A DNA stretch of 51,417 nt from Microgenomates group bacterium (GTDB taxonomy: Bacteria > Patescibacteriota > Microgenomatia > UBA1400 > MFAQ01): the NCBI GenBank assembly GCA_049303575.1, contig JBAQNH010000001.1, positions 1 to 51,417 of the forward strand, written 5' to 3'. Made by a program: the position numbers and the translations under genes. Positions 41,588 through 49,448 of the stretch are shown piece by piece (position 1 is the first letter of the stretch; each line of letters opens with the position of its first letter). The notes under the pieces were generated by a model that saw only the letters and a list, made by a program, of their open reading frames with translations, did not search any database and was not told the DNA's origin.

Positions 41588-42268
41588 GTGAAGATGCATA
41601 AAAATGACCTAAAACTAAAAAAATACCCCGGCGAGAAGGTAGAAATAAGATTTTTTGATTCCGGACGGAAAGAAGATATGTTGCGATTGAGGAAAATTGT
41701 TGATCATCGTGAGGTGCAAGAAATGATGGACAGCGTGGCCGGGATGTCCAAAAAAGATCGTTACGAGTGGGCAGATGAAAAGGGAGCCTACGGAAGATAT
41801 TACTTGTTTGCAGTATCGGGTACGGACAAAATTTTTGGAGAAGATCAAGCCAGTGAAATCGGGGAGGTTCAGGGGTTTGTGTATCTTTATGCGGGTAGTG
41901 AAGAGAAGAAAATCATTAATAGAATTGTGAGGACGGGTTTGATTAAAAAGAGCGAAGTCGGCGATAATAAGATTTTTGAAATTAGTTTTGCCAAACTACC
42001 AAAAGCTCCGGGTGGACAGATATCCAGCGCGGTAAGGCAAGCGTGTTTGGAATTAAAAAGACTGGATAGGATCAAAGAGGGCACGGGGGTGTTTGTATTT
42101 TGTTTCATAGATGAGAGCAACGTCGGATCAATGAGGGTAGTGGAGGCATGTGGTTTTGAGAGAAGAGGAAGGCATTTTTATGAGGAGGATTCAAAGGAGA
42201 TGAGTGCCTTGTACGTTTTAGACTACAAAAAGCTCAGAGATATCGAAAAAGAGAAAAGCAACGGTTGA
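41588..42268 (+). CDS. GNAT-family acyltransferase-like protein (paralogue of the N-terminal half of 43466-44716)
   Basis: ..VQGFVYLYAGS.., FEISFAKLPKAPGGQISSAVRQAC, FIDESNVGSMRVVEACGFERRG (GNAT C-terminal beta-alpha motif). Aligns by eye with VHGFIYFYPSK / LEMSYAKRPGAPTGLITPAIEIGC / GNIPSIKVAEKAGFKMIRDF. Confidence 0.65.
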   Translation: MKMHKNDLKLKKYPGEKVEIRFFDSGRKEDMLRLRKIVDHREVQEMMDSVAGMSKKDRYEWADEKGAYGRYYLFAVSGTDKIFGEDQASEIGEVQGFVYLYAGSEEKKIINRIVRTGLIKKSEVGDNKIFEISFAKLPKAPGGQISSAVRQACLELKRLDRIKEGTGVFVFCFIDESNVGSMRVVEACGFERRGRHFYEEDSKEMSALYVLDYKKLRDIEKEKSNG

Positions 42269-42300
42269 TTTTAGTCAGGGGAAAATGCTAAGCTGAATTC

Positions 42301-43452
42301 ATGATTGGAATAAAAGATTTGTTGGGAATAAAAAAGAAAACACAGATACCAAAAGAGGAAGACCTGCCTAAGCTGGAAGTAAAAGCGGAGGAAAAGCAGG
42401 AGTCGGTGACAGCTAAAGCACATAAAAGACCGAAACTTAGAATTGAAAAAGAGGCCCTAAAGAATCTGGGCTTGGTGGTGGTGGCATATTCCCACGTTGA
42501 AAGAGAGATGTTCCCGACGGAAGATGCTTATTACGCCGAAGTAGAAGTGGAAGATAGAGCCAAAGAGGTTGCGGAGAGAATTGAAAAAATGGGTATCCAG
42601 GTTAAAACTTTGCCCGGTGATCCATATTTTCTAACTAATCTACTGGTAGATAAACCTTCGTTGATTTTGAATTTGGTGGATACCCTAAAAGGGATGGACA
42701 GACTGCAGACATCAGTACCGGCAGCTTTGGAGTTGTCCAACTTGCCCTATACCGGTGCCGGCATGGAGGGAATGGTAATTGGAAATAATCGAAACTTGAC
42801 GAAAAGACTTTTGATGGCTTATGGAATTCCTACCCCGGCGTTTCAGTTTATTCGTAGATCAAACACGGCAATTCGTGAGGATTTGGGATTACCTTTAATC
42901 GTCAAATTAAACGAAAGTGGGGGAAGTGTAGGTATTGATAACCATGCGGTCAAGGAAACGATTAAGGACGCTCAGAGAAAGGTTAATAAGATGGTGTCGA
43001 CGTATAAAATTCCGGTTATTGTGGAACAGTTTATTGATGGACCAGAGGTGACAGTAGTGGTTTTTGACGATGGGTCAAGAAAGAGTGTTTTTATGGGTCA
43101 AAAAGTGTTTAGAAGAAAAACGGACGGGAAGCATTATTTCACTAGCCTTGAGTCTTATGAAGACCTCAAAGCTTATACCTACAAAAGTGTGGAAGAACCT
43201 TTGGCCAGTAAAATTTCCCAGTTGGCGGTGCGCGCTTTCAATGGGCTACACCACAAAGACTACGCTAAGTTTGACGTACGTGTGGATGAAAATACAAACA
43301 TTCCATATTTCACCGACTCAAATCCAAACACCGCTTTTGGTCCGGATATGGGGCTGCCATTTACCGAAGTCCTCGCGATGTACGGAATTAGCTTTGACGA
43401 GGTTTTGGCAAGTTTACTCTCAAAGTACGCCAGGACGCTCAAGCAGGGTTGA
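42301..43452 (+). CDS. D-Ala-D-Ala-ligase-like ATP-grasp enzyme with a Lys/Glu-rich N-terminal extension
   Basis: 383 aa. NKNLTKRLLMAYGIPTP, LPLIVKLNESGGSVGID, PVIVEQFIDGPEVTVVVF, YAKFDVRVDENTNIPYFTDSNPNTAFGP. Confidence 0.8.
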   Translation: MIGIKDLLGIKKKTQIPKEEDLPKLEVKAEEKQESVTAKAHKRPKLRIEKEALKNLGLVVVAYSHVEREMFPTEDAYYAEVEVEDRAKEVAERIEKMGIQVKTLPGDPYFLTNLLVDKPSLILNLVDTLKGMDRLQTSVPAALELSNLPYTGAGMEGMVIGNNRNLTKRLLMAYGIPTPAFQFIRRSNTAIREDLGLPLIVKLNESGGSVGIDNHAVKETIKDAQRKVNKMVSTYKIPVIVEQFIDGPEVTVVVFDDGSRKSVFMGQKVFRRKTDGKHYFTSLESYEDLKAYTYKSVEEPLASKISQLAVRAFNGLHHKDYAKFDVRVDENTNIPYFTDSNPNTAFGPDMGLPFTEVLAMYGISFDEVLASLLSKYARTLKQG

Positions 43453-43465
43453 ACTTAAGGATTGA

Positions 43466-44716
43466 TTGTTTGGTAAAATCAGGGTTATGGAGGACCAGGA
43501 CAAAAATTATTTTTTGAAGGATGGAAAGGGCTATGTGGTGCGCTTTTTTGAGTGTGAAGATAGCCGTGATTTGCGGGATCTGATCCAGATAGTGGAGAGT
43601 TCCGAGGTGCAAAGATGGATGGACAACGTCAATGATCTGAGTATTTGGAATTACCAAAAATGGATGGATGAAAAAGGAGAGGGGAACACCTTTTTATTTG
43701 CCATTGCCGATTCACAAGGAGAGGTGGCTAATGATCGTCGAGTTCACGGCTTTATTTATTTTTATCCATCAAAGATAGTTCAGGGTAGGTTGGAAATGAG
43801 CTATGCCAAGCGTCCTGGAGCACCAACCGGTTTGATTACTCCGGCAATCGAAATTGGCTGCAAGCTAGTGTTTGAGTACCTTCAGGAGAAGAAGCCCTGG
43901 ATGACGGATGGTTTGAAGGTGTTGGCAGAGATTGAAAGCGGAAATATTCCTTCAATCAAAGTGGCCGAGAAGGCAGGATTCAAGATGATTAGAGATTTTG
44001 ATTTAGAAAATAACGGTTTGTGGGAGAGGGATCTAGTAATGGCCGCCAAGGAAGAGGAAGTTTCCGAGGTACTAGAGAAAAAAATGACAATCGACAATTT
44101 ACCGAGAGTTCGTCAGGAGAACCCAGCCTTTTGTGGTCCAGCTACATTGCAAATCTTGTTGTCGCATTACGGTATTGAGACTAGTCAGGAGAAATTAGTG
44201 ATGGCGGCAACGACGAGAGAGTTAGCCTTAAAAAACGGGATGTCGATCGAACTTTTGGCCAGAGCAGTGAAGAATTCTTATCCGGGGATGCGTCTTTGGG
44301 CAAAACGGGATGCTAGTCTGTTTGACATTGAGCAGATGGTCCGTGTCCACAACTATCCGGTGGGTGTTGATTGGCAGGGAATTTTTGGGAGTGATTCGTA
44401 TGAGGACTATCCGGATGAGGAGGTGGAGGAGATGGAAGATGAAGAGGAAATGTGTAAGGGGGACAGTGGGCATTACTGTGTGGTCACCGATGTAGACAGA
44501 ACAAACGATAGTATCCGAATGATGGATCCATACGGTCATTATCACGCGGAGGATCGAGTTTATATGATTCAGCAGTTTCTAAATCGTTGGTGGGATGACA
44601 GAGTAGATAAGTTGCTCGATGGCAGCAAAAAGTATGTTTACGAAAAGAGATTGATGTTTGTCGTAGTACCAAAAAATGTGCGTATACCGGAAGCTTTGGG
44701 GATGACGGAGCTTTGA
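43466..44716 (+). CDS. Fusion protein: N-terminal GNAT-like domain plus C-terminal C39-like (papain-fold, BtrH-like) cysteine peptidase/transferase domain
   Basis: GNAT half as described for 41588-42268. C-terminal half: RQENPAFCGPATLQILLSHYG (Cys in the C39-type context) and GDSGHYCVVTDVD (His context), with an acidic insert DEEVEEMEDEEE. Confidence 0.7.
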   Translation: MFGKIRVMEDQDKNYFLKDGKGYVVRFFECEDSRDLRDLIQIVESSEVQRWMDNVNDLSIWNYQKWMDEKGEGNTFLFAIADSQGEVANDRRVHGFIYFYPSKIVQGRLEMSYAKRPGAPTGLITPAIEIGCKLVFEYLQEKKPWMTDGLKVLAEIESGNIPSIKVAEKAGFKMIRDFDLENNGLWERDLVMAAKEEEVSEVLEKKMTIDNLPRVRQENPAFCGPATLQILLSHYGIETSQEKLVMAATTRELALKNGMSIELLARAVKNSYPGMRLWAKRDASLFDIEQMVRVHNYPVGVDWQGIFGSDSYEDYPDEEVEEMEDEEEMCKGDSGHYCVVTDVDRTNDSIRMMDPYGHYHAEDRVYMIQQFLNRWWDDRVDKLLDGSKKYVYEKRLMFVVVPKNVRIPEALGMTEL

Positions 44717-45375
44717 TAGTTGATGGAGTTGTATATACTGGAGGTAGTATGTTCGAAGACAGGATGGATGCCGGCAAAAGATTGGCCTCAAGCTTGGTAA
44801 GGTTTCAAAAAGAAGACGGTGTTTTAGTGGCGATTCCTCGTGGTGGAGTGATTTTGGCGGAGGTGATTGCCCGTGAGTTAAAGTTTCCCCTGGAGCTTGT
44901 ATTGGTGCGGAAGATCGGACATCCTTATAACAGGGAGTATGCCGTTTGTGCGGTTTCCAAGAGCGGAGTACAGTGTGAGGAGAAGGAAAAGAGCCAACTT
45001 AACCAAGACTGGTTAAGAAAAGAGATGGAGAAGGAAAGACGGGAGATTAAAAGAAGAGAGAGTTTGTATCTTCGAGGGAGGAGCAGCTTGGACATTAAAG
45101 GGAAAACGGTAATTTTGGTTGATGACGGGGTGGCCACGGGGTTGACTTACTTGATGGCCGTTGAAGAACTGCGAAGTAAAAATCCACGTAAAATCATTGC
45201 AGCTTTGCCGGTGATGCCCGCAGAGTTTGAGGAAAAACTGGGAAAAGTGGTGGATGAGATAGTTTGTTTGAACATTGATAAAGATTATCGAGGAGCAGTG
45301 GGGGCATATTACAGAAACTTTCCTCAGGTGACGGATGAAGAAGTGATGCGGGCGATGGCCGTAGAGAGTAGGTGA
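44713..45375 (+). CDS. Phosphoribosyltransferase-domain protein (COG1926-like)
   Basis: MFEDRMDAGKRLA..VLVAIPRGGVILAEVIA.. and the PRPP loop GKTVILVDDGVATGLT. It overlaps the upstream stop. The start could be the internal ATG at 44749. Confidence 0.8.
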   Translation: MIVDGVVYTGGSMFEDRMDAGKRLASSLVRFQKEDGVLVAIPRGGVILAEVIARELKFPLELVLVRKIGHPYNREYAVCAVSKSGVQCEEKEKSQLNQDWLRKEMEKERREIKRRESLYLRGRSSLDIKGKTVILVDDGVATGLTYLMAVEELRSKNPRKIIAALPVMPAEFEEKLGKVVDEIVCLNIDKDYRGAVGAYYRNFPQVTDEEVMRAMAVESR

Positions 45376-46244
45376 GAAATATCAATAACGGAGACTTTGG
45401 AAGGAAGTTTTTCTTGAGGTTTTAGAGAGTTAGTGATGAGGATTTTCTTAAAAAGTGATGTAGAAGTTAGTAGATTGATACCTTTGCTCTGATAGACACA
45501 GTGAGTGACGGCGACGTAGAGATTTTTGGCGCCTTTGGACCGTAGAAGCTTGGCGGCGGCAAGAAGAGTACCACCTGTTTGAATCATGTCATCTACAAGA
45601 ATGACATTTTTGTTGTTGACATTGCCCGTAATTTTTAAGGGGACAGCGCTTTGGACCGAGGGACGATATTTTTCGATGACAACGATATTTTTGATCCCCA
45701 TAGCTTTAGCAAAAAGTTTGGCACGATCTGAACCACCGAGATCCGGAGTGGCAATGGTTAAATTAGGAATATTTAATGATTGATAGATATCAGCCATGAG
45801 AGGTAGAGCAGAAAGATGAGTGAGGGGGATGGTAAAGAATTTTTTGTTTAGTTCGCTGTGAAGATCAAGGCAGATAATCTGAGAAGCACCAGCTTGTTTG
45901 AGAAAACCAGCAAAGAGTTGGGAGTTTATAGGTTGAAGGGGTTTGTCGCGGTCGGATCTAGCGTAGCCGAGATAGGGAATGACCGAAATTATGGATTTGG
46001 CACCATTGAGTTTGAGGGTGTTTACGATGGTAAACATGGAGAGGAGGTTGTCGGCGGGAGGTCCAGTATGTCCAAAAACAAAACAGAGTTTATCTCTGAC
46101 CGGCTCGTCGAGATAAAACATGACTTCGCCATCAATAAAGTGACCAAGACGATACTTTCCTTGGCGCAAAGAGGGGACAGCGGCGATGATGTTTTGAGCT
46201 AGATTTGAACTGTCTGAGGAAGTGAAAAGCAAGGACTCGGCCAT
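45324..46244 (-). CDS. prs: Ribose-phosphate pyrophosphokinase
   Basis: ..RLGHFIDGEVMFYLDEPVRDK.., IPYLGYARSDR, ICLDLHS, ATPDLGGSDRA, VILVDDMIQTGGTL. Its 3' end overlaps the convergent PRTase gene by 52 nt. Confidence 0.9.
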   Translation of the reverse strand: MAESLLFTSSDSSNLAQNIIAAVPSLRQGKYRLGHFIDGEVMFYLDEPVRDKLCFVFGHTGPPADNLLSMFTIVNTLKLNGAKSIISVIPYLGYARSDRDKPLQPINSQLFAGFLKQAGASQIICLDLHSELNKKFFTIPLTHLSALPLMADIYQSLNIPNLTIATPDLGGSDRAKLFAKAMGIKNIVVIEKYRPSVQSAVPLKITGNVNNKNVILVDDMIQTGGTLLAAAKLLRSKGAKNLYVAVTHCVYQSKGINLLTSTSLFKKILITNSLKPQEKLPSKVSVIDISHLLSTAIARITSSSVT

Positions 46245-46344
46245 ACCTAAATAATACCAGAAAAGTAAGAATGATTACAGTTTTGATTCCTTCATAACCA
46301 TATAAACAGAAAATTCTTTACCAGGAAAAGAATTTATATTCTTG

Positions 46345-46415
46345 CAGGGGTGGAAGGAATCGGACCTTCATCACAGGTTTTGGAGACCCGGATTCTACCA
46401 TTGAACTACACCCCT
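46345..46415 (-). tRNA. tRNA-Trp (anticodon CCA)
   Basis: 71-nt cloverleaf. AGGGGUG/CACCCCU. D arm GUUC-AAUGGUA-GAAU. Anticodon stem CGGGU/ACCUG with loop CUCCAAA. T arm GAAGG-UCCGAUU-CCUUC. No CCA. Confidence 0.85.
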
Positions 46416-46462
46416 AAGTCAGTGTATTTTAACAGATTTGGAGGCACAACGGGTATAAAAAA

Positions 46463-46480
46463 ACCCCGCTGAGGCGGGGT
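46463..46480 (-). terminator. Intrinsic terminator of the 178-aa gene
   Basis: ACCCCGC-CTCA-GCGGGGT followed by TTTTTTT when read on the minus strand. Confidence 0.75.
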
Positions 46481-46488
46481 TTATAAAG

Positions 46489-47025
46489 CTAGTTGTTTTC
46501 TTTATCCCAGATGGCAATTTGACTTTCAAGGACAACGGCCATGATCTCTTTACCTAAAGCCAGAACGGCTTCCTTGAGATTGACGATGTTTCCGTTCGGA
46601 AGAACATCAAAAAGGGTGTCCAATTTGCGGAAGACGAGGTACTTTCCGGTAGTACCAGAGTTGACATCGACAAAGACGTCAAGATATTTTCTTGTCGGAG
46701 TAATACCGACTTTTTCTTTGAATTTTCGGTCGTTGATGATGCGTTCGTAGGCGTCAAACAAGAAAAACATGACGTTTTCGGTGTCCCCATCAATCTCGTT
46801 TAATTGGCCAAAAATATCATCGACGGCAGCAGTTAGCCGACAAATTTCCGGGGTGAGGGACATTAAGTTTAGAGCCTCGTCTTCGGTGATCCCTTCGGCG
46901 ATGATCCGATTTTCTAGACTGTGACTAGGGTGAAACTCGGTGTTACTTTTCAGGTTGTGTCGACCTCTAACACCCGAACTACCACTTGTTCGGTCTAAAT
47001 TTTCATAACACATCCAGTATGACAT
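46489..47025 (-). CDS. Hypothetical 178-aa protein located between rpmG and tRNA-Trp
   Basis: Track ORF trimmed to ATG 47025, which has AGGGAGG 5 nt upstream. MSYWMCYENLDRTSGSSGVRGRHNL.. No motif recognised. Confidence 0.65.
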   Translation of the reverse strand: MSYWMCYENLDRTSGSSGVRGRHNLKSNTEFHPSHSLENRIIAEGITEDEALNLMSLTPEICRLTAAVDDIFGQLNEIDGDTENVMFFLFDAYERIINDRKFKEKVGITPTRKYLDVFVDVNSGTTGKYLVFRKLDTLFDVLPNGNIVNLKEAVLALGKEIMAVVLESQIAIWDKENN

Positions 47026-47145
47026 TGTAGCCTCCCTTTCAAATTTAAAGTACAGATTTTGTTCAGATGGATTATATATCAGTTTGATACAGTAACGCAA
47101 AAATTTGCTGATATAGAAACGAGGGAGAGTTGAAAGATAGAAGAA

Positions 47146-47319
47146 CTATTTTAACTTAGAGACTTCCTTGTGGTCAGTATGCAAGCGACAGGTGCGGCAG
47201 TACTTACTGATGACGAGTTTCTCGGGAGTGTTGGTCTTGTTACGTTCGGAGATGTAGTTGAAATGCCCGCATTTGGAGCATTTTAAACCCATACTTTGTC
47301 TTGGTCCTTTTTTTGCCAT
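47146..47319 (-). CDS. rpmG: 50S ribosomal protein L33
   Basis: 57 aa, below the ORF-track cut-off; translated by hand. MAKKGPRQSMGLKCSKCGHFNYISERNKTNTPEKLVISKYCRTCRLHTDHKEVSKLK, with two CxxC pairs and the typical L33 pattern. Confidence 0.85.
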   Translation of the reverse strand: MAKKGPRQSMGLKCSKCGHFNYISERNKTNTPEKLVISKYCRTCRLHTDHKEVSKLK

Positions 47320-47484
47320 GTTTTGTGTCTTTGATATTGATATGAAGCAACTGGTATTTTAACACAAAACGTTCTGGAGCTGGGAGCGGTACCTAAATGA
47401 GAATGTTTTTTGATTTGACAGACACTATTTTTTACCTTAGAGTGATTGTAGGGATTTGTAAAAATTGTTACAAACTTTAAAATT

Positions 47485-49446
47485 ATGAAGAAAACATACT
47501 CGGTTTCCGAGACTGCCAAGATTCTGGGTTACTCAGCAAATAGTATTTATGGTTTTTTAAAAGAAGGCCTCATAAACTCTGTCAGAATCGGTAAGGGAAA
47601 ATTTCGAATTCCGGAACAGGAAATTAAAAGGTTCGAAGGTAGCAAAGGTGAGGAAAAAACGATCGAGCCAAAAAAGATACCTGAAGAGGTGAGTCAGGAT
47701 GTTTTTTTACCCAGTTCATTGTTACCACCACCAAGACCAGGAAAGAGCTTGTCGGACTTAAGTGGAGAGTCTTTTTTGCACACATTGAGTTTATGGCTGG
47801 TGGAAAGGGTAGGATTCCCGACCCTGTTTGATTGGTTGATAAGTTTGACATCTATTGTTTTGGGAATGTCTCTGTTTTTGTATTCGAATCAACAAGACGT
47901 TTTATCTTTGGGAAGACTTTCTCTTTGGTTAAATCCGATTCGTTTGGGAATGATATTCGGAGGGTTGGGATTGATTTTGGCTTCGATGATTCAAGAAGAG
48001 GTTGGACGACTGGTGAATTTGACAAACATTTTCCGGTATTTTTTAGGAGCTGCCTTTTTGGGTTTGTCGATGGTTTTGCTTTCAGGAGGAGATATCGATG
48101 GCTTTTTGATTCACGGCTTGTTTGGTTTGGTGATTTTGATTGAAGCACTAAGTGGTGTCGAGTCTTCAACGCTATACATGCTTTATATTTTTGGGTTGCT
48201 CATTAGTGTATTTATTGCTTTAAATTTTTTCCCTAATGATTCAGGAATGTCCATAATAATTTTGGGTTTAAAGTCGGCACTGGGTGGCTTAGGATGGCTT
48301 TTAAGTCTATTAATACTCGTACTGATTGCCTCCGGGCTTTATGGATTTTTTTGGAACAAGAGGTTTTTGAAAAATATCTCGTTTACTTATGGATTGATGC
48401 TTTGCGGTTTGGCCCTTTATTACGGTACAGAGAATTACTGGTCAAGATTTTTCGCGGTTTTAATGGCAGGTTTGATAGGGATGGCCTTACCCTCCTGGGA
48501 CTCGTTTAAAGCCAGACTGGTGACAGAGCGCACATTGGTGTTTAAAGTGTTTGGCTCAGTCCTCATTAGCTTCATGTTGATGATTTTTATGATTGCGGTG
48601 GTGCAGGGAACTTTAATCAGCAATGCAAATAGAGGCCTTGCCGAAAAAGCCGAGTTTGCCAGAGTGGAGTTATCAAGAACAATCGACGGTTTGATACGGG
48701 GGGTGACCGATTTATCAAAGAACGAAGTATTTATTAATGCTCTTGCTCGTTCTCAAAACAAAGAATTAGCAAATCAGTTAAAGTTTTTATTGTTGGGAAG
48801 AACCGACGTAGCAATTGCAGGAGTAATTAATGCAAAAGGGAAGCCAATTATCTCCTATCCGGCAGCAGCTTCCTTTGGCTCGTTTGATTTTGCAAACACC
48901 GGGTTTTTTAGATCGACATTAAACACGGGGAAAACATATGTTTCGGTGGCTTTAGAAGATTTTATTGAGGGAATCAATGACGTTTTCTTGATTGCCGTCC
49001 CGACAGTCGATACAAAAAATGTAGTATCGGGTGTTTTAGTCGTAGCTGTTTCAGGAGTAAACCTGTCAAGTGAGCTCCAAAGAGTGGGTGATAGTGTGTT
49101 GGGACAGGAGATAATTGCGATTGGAGAGGAAGGAAAAATAGTGGTTCATCCCGATGCTGACAAACTGGGTGCGGTGGTGAATGAAGCTGACGGTAGCTAC
49201 GACCTGTGGAAAACAAACGGACTAAACACAGAGGGATACAACGGGAAAGGGGTGCATTCCTTGTTCGGATCAAGTAGACTTTCGAAGTATGGATTGACGA
49301 TTATTGCTTCCGAGCCAATTCAAAAAGTACTTGATGTGAACTTGTCTTGGCTGACTTGGTTGCTGATACTGCTTCTGATCGTAGGAATAGTGGCGCTGAC
49401 TGCCATTGTCTTTATTAAAACTCCGGAAAAGGTGGAGGATTCATAA
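47485..49446 (+). CDS. Membrane protein with an N-terminal excisionase-type HTH, ~10 TM helices, an extracytoplasmic Cache-like sensor domain and a terminal TM
   Basis: YSVSETAKILGYSANSIYGFLKEGLINSVRIGKGKFRIPEQEIKRF, then many hydrophobic helices. The Cache-like stretch is ..VINAKGKPIISYPAAASFGSFDFANTGFFRSTLNTGKTYVSVA..VFLIAVPTVD..VSGVLVVAV..IIAIGEEGKIVVHPD. The final TM is WLTWLLILLLIVGIVALTAIVFI. Confidence 0.8.
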   Translation: MKKTYSVSETAKILGYSANSIYGFLKEGLINSVRIGKGKFRIPEQEIKRFEGSKGEEKTIEPKKIPEEVSQDVFLPSSLLPPPRPGKSLSDLSGESFLHTLSLWLVERVGFPTLFDWLISLTSIVLGMSLFLYSNQQDVLSLGRLSLWLNPIRLGMIFGGLGLILASMIQEEVGRLVNLTNIFRYFLGAAFLGLSMVLLSGGDIDGFLIHGLFGLVILIEALSGVESSTLYMLYIFGLLISVFIALNFFPNDSGMSIIILGLKSALGGLGWLLSLLILVLIASGLYGFFWNKRFLKNISFTYGLMLCGLALYYGTENYWSRFFAVLMAGLIGMALPSWDSFKARLVTERTLVFKVFGSVLISFMLMIFMIAVVQGTLISNANRGLAEKAEFARVELSRTIDGLIRGVTDLSKNEVFINALARSQNKELANQLKFLLLGRTDVAIAGVINAKGKPIISYPAAASFGSFDFANTGFFRSTLNTGKTYVSVALEDFIEGINDVFLIAVPTVDTKNVVSGVLVVAVSGVNLSSELQRVGDSVLGQEIIAIGEEGKIVVHPDADKLGAVVNEADGSYDLWKTNGLNTEGYNGKGVHSLFGSSRLSKYGLTIIASEPIQKVLDVNLSWLTWLLILLLIVGIVALTAIVFIKTPEKVEDS

Positions 49447-49448
49447 AA

